Origin: Pseudomonadota bacterium
GTDB lineage: Bacteria; Bdellovibrionota_G; JALEGL01; DATDPG01
Direction of reading: 5' to 3'
Assembly (NCBI GenBank): GCA_043804515.1
Contig: JAZDIZ010000107.1
Location: forward strand, 1 to 10,961
DNA: 10,961 bases
Shown piece by piece: positions 7,259 to 10,961 of this stretch; within the stretch, counting starts at the first letter, position 1; every line of letters begins with the position of its first letter. A program made the translations under genes and the position numbers. Under the pieces are notes generated by a model that had not been told where the DNA came from, did not search any database, and worked only from the letters and a program-made list of their open reading frames with translations.

Positions 7259-8294
7259 TCTCTCTGCAGAGATATACGTCCTGAATGGCGTTCAGGATCT
7301 CGACGCCTTCTTTCATCGGCCGCTGAAACGCCTTGCGTCCAGAGATCAGACCCATACCTCCCGCCCGTTTGTTGATCACGGCCGTCCGGACCGCGTCCGC
7401 CAAATCGTTCTTGCCCGAAGCCCCGCCCGAATTGATGAGCCCCGCGCGCCCCATGTAGCAATTCGCCACTTGGTAGCGTGTGAGATCGATCGGGTGGTCG
7501 GTCGTAAGCGTGTCGTACACTTTGGGGCTGGTCTTTCCGAACTTGAGCGCCGTGAAGCCGCCGTTGTTCTCCGGAAGCTTCTGCTTGATGATGTCGGCTT
7601 CGATCGTTACGCCCAGATGGTTCGCTTGCCCCGTCAGGTCCGCCGCCAGGTGGAAGTCCTTTTCCTTCTGGAACGCGTTGTTCCTAAGATAGCACCAGAG
7701 GACCGTGAACATGCCCAGGTCGTGGGCGTGGGAGAACGCCTCGCTGATTTCAACGATTTGGCGGCGCGACTCCTCGGATCCGAAATAAATCGTGGCGCCG
7801 ACGGCCGTGGCCCCCATTTCGAAGCCGCGATGGACGTTGGAAAACAGAATTTGGTCGTGTGTATTCGGATACGAAAGCAGTTCGTTGTGGTTGATCTTGA
7901 GGATGACGGGGATTTTGTGCGCGTAACGCCGGGCCACGGATCCCAATACCCCGAACGTGGACGCGACGGCGTTGCATCCCCCCTCCACGGCCAGTTCCAC
8001 GATCTTTTCGGGATCAAAGTAAATCGGATTCGGCGAGAACGACGCCCCGGCCGAATGTTCGATCCCCTGATCCACAGGCAGGATCGAGAGGTATCCCGTT
8101 CCCGCCAAGCGCCCGGTTCGGAACATCGAGTTCATTCCTTTGAGAACATTGATCGGGCGGTCGGAGGGAACCCAAACGCGATCGATGAAATCGGGACCGG
8201 GAAGGTGCAACAGAGACCGGTCGATTCCTTTGCACTTGTGCTCCAGATAAGAACGATCATTTCCCAGCAATTCCGAAATCTTCTCAATGTTCAT
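7245..8294 (-). CDS. fbaB: Class I fructose-bisphosphate aldolase (DhnA/FbaB family)
   Basis: [59 protein letters not shown] (Schiff-base Lys region) and [22 protein letters not shown] lies upstream of ATG 8294. Confidence 0.97.
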   Translation of the reverse strand: MNIEKISELLGNDRSYLEHKCKGIDRSLLHLPGPDFIDRVWVPSDRPINVLKGMNSMFRTGRLAGTGYLSILPVDQGIEHSAGASFSPNPIYFDPEKIVELAVEGGCNAVASTFGVLGSVARRYAHKIPVILKINHNELLSYPNTHDQILFSNVHRGFEMGATAVGATIYFGSEESRRQIVEISEAFSHAHDLGMFTVLWCYLRNNAFQKEKDFHLAADLTGQANHLGVTIEADIIKQKLPENNGGFTALKFGKTSPKVYDTLTTDHPIDLTRYQVANCYMGRAGLINSGGASGKNDLADAVRTAVINKRAGGMGLISGRKAFQRPMKEGVEILNAIQDVYLCREITVA

Positions 8295-8581
8295 GAACCC
8301 ACCTCAGAGGGCGTAGATCCTACCGATTTGGGCTCAGTCTTCAAGATCGGATGGAAATCCTTGACGCTTATCTCGGCCTTCCATATGAATTCGACAAGCC
8401 TGGATTGTTCTGGAGGAGCATCGAGCTTTTTCGAAACGTTCAGATTTGTCCGCAGATCAAGGCAGGCGCCGAGCACAGACCGGAGTTGGCTTGGATAGGC
8501 CAATGAGGACTGCGCGCAGGCGCCGAACGCAGAGATGCGGCAAATATGACGTTTCCCTCATGAACAATTCGGCCTAAATAT

Positions 8582-8690
8582 CGTCTGGATGGGGGAAATC
8601 CGGTGAAAGTCCGGTGCTGTCCCGCAACGGTAAGTGAGTAAACGCTCACAAGCCCGACCGCCCGCCTGACGCTGACATCCCGAGGAGGAT
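8582..8690 (+). ncRNA. Cobalamin (B12) riboswitch, compact form
   Basis: Conserved core GGGAA-atCCGG-TGAAAGT-CCGG-tgctgtCCCGCAACGGTAA, a short hairpin GTGAG/CTCAC (8634-8649) and then AAGCCCGAccgCCcGCC. The closing stem pairs 8582-8593 with 8661-8671. A downstream hairpin ATCC-CGAGGA-GGAT (8677-8690) contains the SD of the ORF at 8697. Confidence 0.92.
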
Positions 8691-8696
8691 TTTTTC

Positions 8697-9203
8697 ATGT
8701 CCCGATCAACTTCCTTTTTCGCGTCTCTTCTTTTCCTGGTTACGGTCGGTTGCGGCAGCAGCCAAACTTCGAGTGTTGGCCAACCGGTCGTCGTTGATCC
8801 GGCGGCCGCGGCCGGGACGCAAGTCGGAATCGTGATTAGTCCGGACGACGCAACGGTCAGCACGTATTTCATTTCAGAGTCCAACGACCCCGTGGTCGCA
8901 CTCAAAGCACTGCAAGACTCGGGAGCATCGCTCGTCACTGATACGACAGGGCTACAACTTTGCTCTATCAACGGCGTGGGTCATCCGCAGGTCCCCTGCC
9001 TAGGCACGGGCAGTGATCCCTTTTGGGGGTTCTTTGTTCGTAACGTTGAAGGAGGTTGGACATTCTCGGATGTGGGGGTCGCCAGTTATTTCGTAAAGGA
9101 TGGCGACGTGCTGGGTTTCGCGTGGACCGGAATCGATTTCAACACGTTTCAGCCCCTGCGGACGCCGCCTTCTTTCACGCTGACGGAAATCGCCGCCAGG
9201 TAA
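8697..9203 (+). CDS. Lipoprotein with DUF4430 / transcobalamin C-terminal-like domain; putative B12-binding protein
   Basis: Lipobox-like LLFLVTVGC followed by a Ser/Gly tether. The C-terminal LCSINGV...FWGFFVRN..GGWTFSDVGVASYFVKDGDVLGFAW fits the DUF4430 pattern (SINGV..W.F.V..VG...Y.VKDGD). SD GAGGAGG; the gene lies directly behind the B12 riboswitch. Confidence 0.8.
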   Translation: MSRSTSFFASLLFLVTVGCGSSQTSSVGQPVVVDPAAAAGTQVGIVISPDDATVSTYFISESNDPVVALKALQDSGASLVTDTTGLQLCSINGVGHPQVPCLGTGSDPFWGFFVRNVEGGWTFSDVGVASYFVKDGDVLGFAWTGIDFNTFQPLRTPPSFTLTEIAAR

Positions 9204-9204
9204 G

Positions 9205-10314
9205 ATGAGACCCGTCTCCCGACTCCGGGTCGCGTTCTGGGTCGTTCTGGGAATTTTATTGGCCGCCGGTCTCGGCGGCTTTTCGGCGATGGAGATTTCG
9301 CAGGACTTCCGTTTCGCCCAGATTTCGGCTCCGAACAGACACGTACGTGGAGGAATGGCACGGGTCGCGCGTGATTCTCCGCTCGCATTCGCGTGGGCCA
9401 AGCTGGTGGACTATTTCCACCCGCCCGACAATCCAGCACGCGACCTGTCCGCTCCTTCAAATAGGGATGTGTCCGAAAAACCCTTCTCAAAAACCCAGGC
9501 CGATCGCGTGGCCGCACTCTTGGGGCCTTCGTCTCCGCCGGCCAAGCCTGTTCCGATCGAGAGCCTCAAGCTCTCGCCGTACGTGATGGATCGGCTTCGC
9601 GAGGAAAATCCGGAAGCATTTCCGAAGACGGGCGGCCTTGCGGGAGGGTCGGCCTCCCCTTCGGCGCGAAGCGCCGTCTCGTCACTTGCGCAAAAGAGCG
9701 TCAGCGACGGACAAAAACCTCAGGCTTCGGATCCCTGGTCGTACCGCCCTTATCTTTTTCTCCCCGGCCTCACGATGAGCGAGAAACCCATCTGGCCGTC
9801 GCCTGTGGACTTAAGCGAGATCGTCCCGATCATTGCCGGCCCGCCGGATTATTCCCTCGATACCAAGGTGGCCGCCAAGGGACGGCTTCTTTCGTTGGGA
9901 AACGGCGGCGTTCTCGTCGTTGAAGTGACGGGGGGGTATGTCACCGACGAAGACGGTCCCGACTTCGTCATCTTCGGCGATCAGTTCGTTTACAAGACGC
10001 CCAAGGGCTTGGCTTCCTGGGCTGAAACGGCTCAGGTTTCGGTTTCGGAGGTGGACGATCCCGCCGCGTACCGAACCTTCCCCTGCGACTCCACAAGCTC
10101 TCCCTACCGCGGGTGCGCCGGCGTGAGTCCCGTCCGCTACGCCCCTTCGATGCCGATCACGGAAGTCGGCGGGGATCTCTTCGACCTTTCCGCCGTGGGC
10201 CTTCACCGAATCCGCTATATCCGGATCGAGGATACCGGGGAGAATCCGAGTTTTTCGGAAGGCACCGAAGGTTTCGATTTGGACGCGGTTGGCCTGATTC
10301 ACATGGACCGGTGA
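9205..10314 (+). CDS. Exported/membrane-anchored protein with a Ser/Pro/Ala-rich linker and a C-terminal 'cell surface protein' (BtuH-like) beta domain
   Basis: N-terminal hydrophobic helix VAFWVVLGILLAAGLGGF. C-terminal motifs LSLGNGG..V, DGPDFVIFG..F, AETAQVSVS, GGDLFDL..VGL..IRYIRIED and GFDLDAV. The ATG follows the upstream stop after a 1-nt gap (TAAgATG). The CDS is confident; the family assignment is from recalled motifs. Confidence 0.7.
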   Translation: MRPVSRLRVAFWVVLGILLAAGLGGFSAMEISQDFRFAQISAPNRHVRGGMARVARDSPLAFAWAKLVDYFHPPDNPARDLSAPSNRDVSEKPFSKTQADRVAALLGPSSPPAKPVPIESLKLSPYVMDRLREENPEAFPKTGGLAGGSASPSARSAVSSLAQKSVSDGQKPQASDPWSYRPYLFLPGLTMSEKPIWPSPVDLSEIVPIIAGPPDYSLDTKVAAKGRLLSLGNGGVLVVEVTGGYVTDEDGPDFVIFGDQFVYKTPKGLASWAETAQVSVSEVDDPAAYRTFPCDSTSSPYRGCAGVSPVRYAPSMPITEVGGDLFDLSAVGLHRIRYIRIEDTGENPSFSEGTEGFDLDAVGLIHMDR

Positions 10315-10961
10315 GTTCCCTCACCCGGCTCCGACGGCTTCGGAAGAGATCGCGTCAATCGGGCCACGAAGAAGATCCAACCCAGGAGGGCCACGCAGCA
10401 GGCCGGCGGATAAACCAGCGTGGCTTTCAGTGTTCCTGCCGCCGCCGTCGCGGCCGAAATCATCCCGGACGTGACACCTTTCGACGTCCGGTAAATCACG
10501 CCGTCGATCAATTGTTTCGCCCGGTAGCGCGATGCGAACGAGAGCGGGATATAGAGAACCTCCTTCGCCGCCCCGAATAAATCGTAGTCCAGCGTTTTGA
10601 ACATGAAAAAGGCCGCCGTGGCCGTCCAAAGGTTCGGGTGGAAAAACACCACCAACGCCGTGCAAATGTGAACCGCCGGAATCAGAAAATGAACCCGGGC
10701 CAGCGAAAGGCGCGAAAGGAGAAACGGCGTGACCACAAACGTGAGCGCCAGCGCCACCAGATCCTGGACGTTCCAGAACCTGACCAAAAAAGCGCTTCGA
10801 GGATCCGTAACCGGAATCGCGGTCTGGAGAACCCCCAGGAACGTCAACTCGAAGAGAATCGAGACCACCTGGGTCAGCGCCACAATGAGCCCAAGCCAAA
10901 GGACCGTTGGTTCCTTTCGAAGAAGATCCAAGGCGAGGTGCTGGGCTGTCGTTTTCGGCGC
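10299..10961 (-). CDS. TLC/Npt-family (ATP/ADP or nucleotide exchanger-like) MFS transporter, 3' part only
   Basis: The frame is open to the right edge (APKTTAQHLALDLLRK...). It has several TM helices and the motif FKTLDYDLFGAAKEVLYIPLSFASRYRAKQLIDGVIYRTSKG, typical of the Npt/TLC C-terminal half. Confidence 0.8.
   Translation of the reverse strand, partial: APKTTAQHLALDLLRKEPTVLWLGLIVALTQVVSILFELTFLGVLQTAIPVTDPRSAFLVRFWNVQDLVALALTFVVTPFLLSRLSLARVHFLIPAVHICTALVVFFHPNLWTATAAFFMFKTLDYDLFGAAKEVLYIPLSFASRYRAKQLIDGVIYRTSKGVTSGMISAATAAAGTLKATLVYPPACCVALLGWIFFVARLTRSLPKPSEPGEGTHRSM

Noticed and set aside
8361..8390. TTGACG-N17-TATGAA as the promoter of the riboswitch operon
   Set aside because: Imperfect -10 and about 190 nt upstream of the riboswitch; insufficient support.
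6975..8498. 507-aa plus-strand ORF
   Set aside because: Antisense shadow of fbaB plus an off-frame part of hemY, with no recognisable motifs.
8291..8503. 70-aa minus-strand ORF overlapping the fbaB start (ATGA)
   Set aside because: TTG start without an SD, no recognisable motif, and fbaB has its own SD. It cannot be fully excluded.
8440..8649. 69-aa minus-strand ORF (…TVAGQHRTFTGFP…)
   Set aside because: This is the antisense translation of the cobalamin riboswitch core, a typical false ORF.
4800..10314. Functional tetrapyrrole link between hemE/hemY and the B12 operon
   Set aside because: They are separated by the oppositely oriented fbaB with no shared regulatory signal, so proximity is probably coincidental.

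Overview
GC-rich bacterial window whose gene content looks deltaproteobacteria-like (Myxococcota/Bdellovibrionota-type kinase; taxonomy is inference). From left to right: the 5' end of a TMTC-like GT-C glycosyltransferase on the minus strand (missing from the ORF track because it runs off the edge), divergent from a membrane Ser/Thr kinase with PEGA repeats. Next come a small 4-Cys DUF5679-like protein, a ~180-bp palindrome-rich MITE/REP-like element, and a secreted M4/M36-type zinc metalloprotease (minus strand). These are followed by hemE-hemY and a class I fructose-bisphosphate aldolase (fbaB, minus strand). A compact cobalamin riboswitch then precedes a two-gene operon: a DUF4430/transcobalamin-like lipoprotein and a membrane-anchored protein with a BtuH-like domain. 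The window ends in the 3' part of a TLC/Npt-family nucleotide transporter (minus strand). The most notable item is the riboswitch-controlled operon of two putative B12-binding proteins with no transporter gene in the operon. All family calls come from motif recognition by eye; no searches were run.
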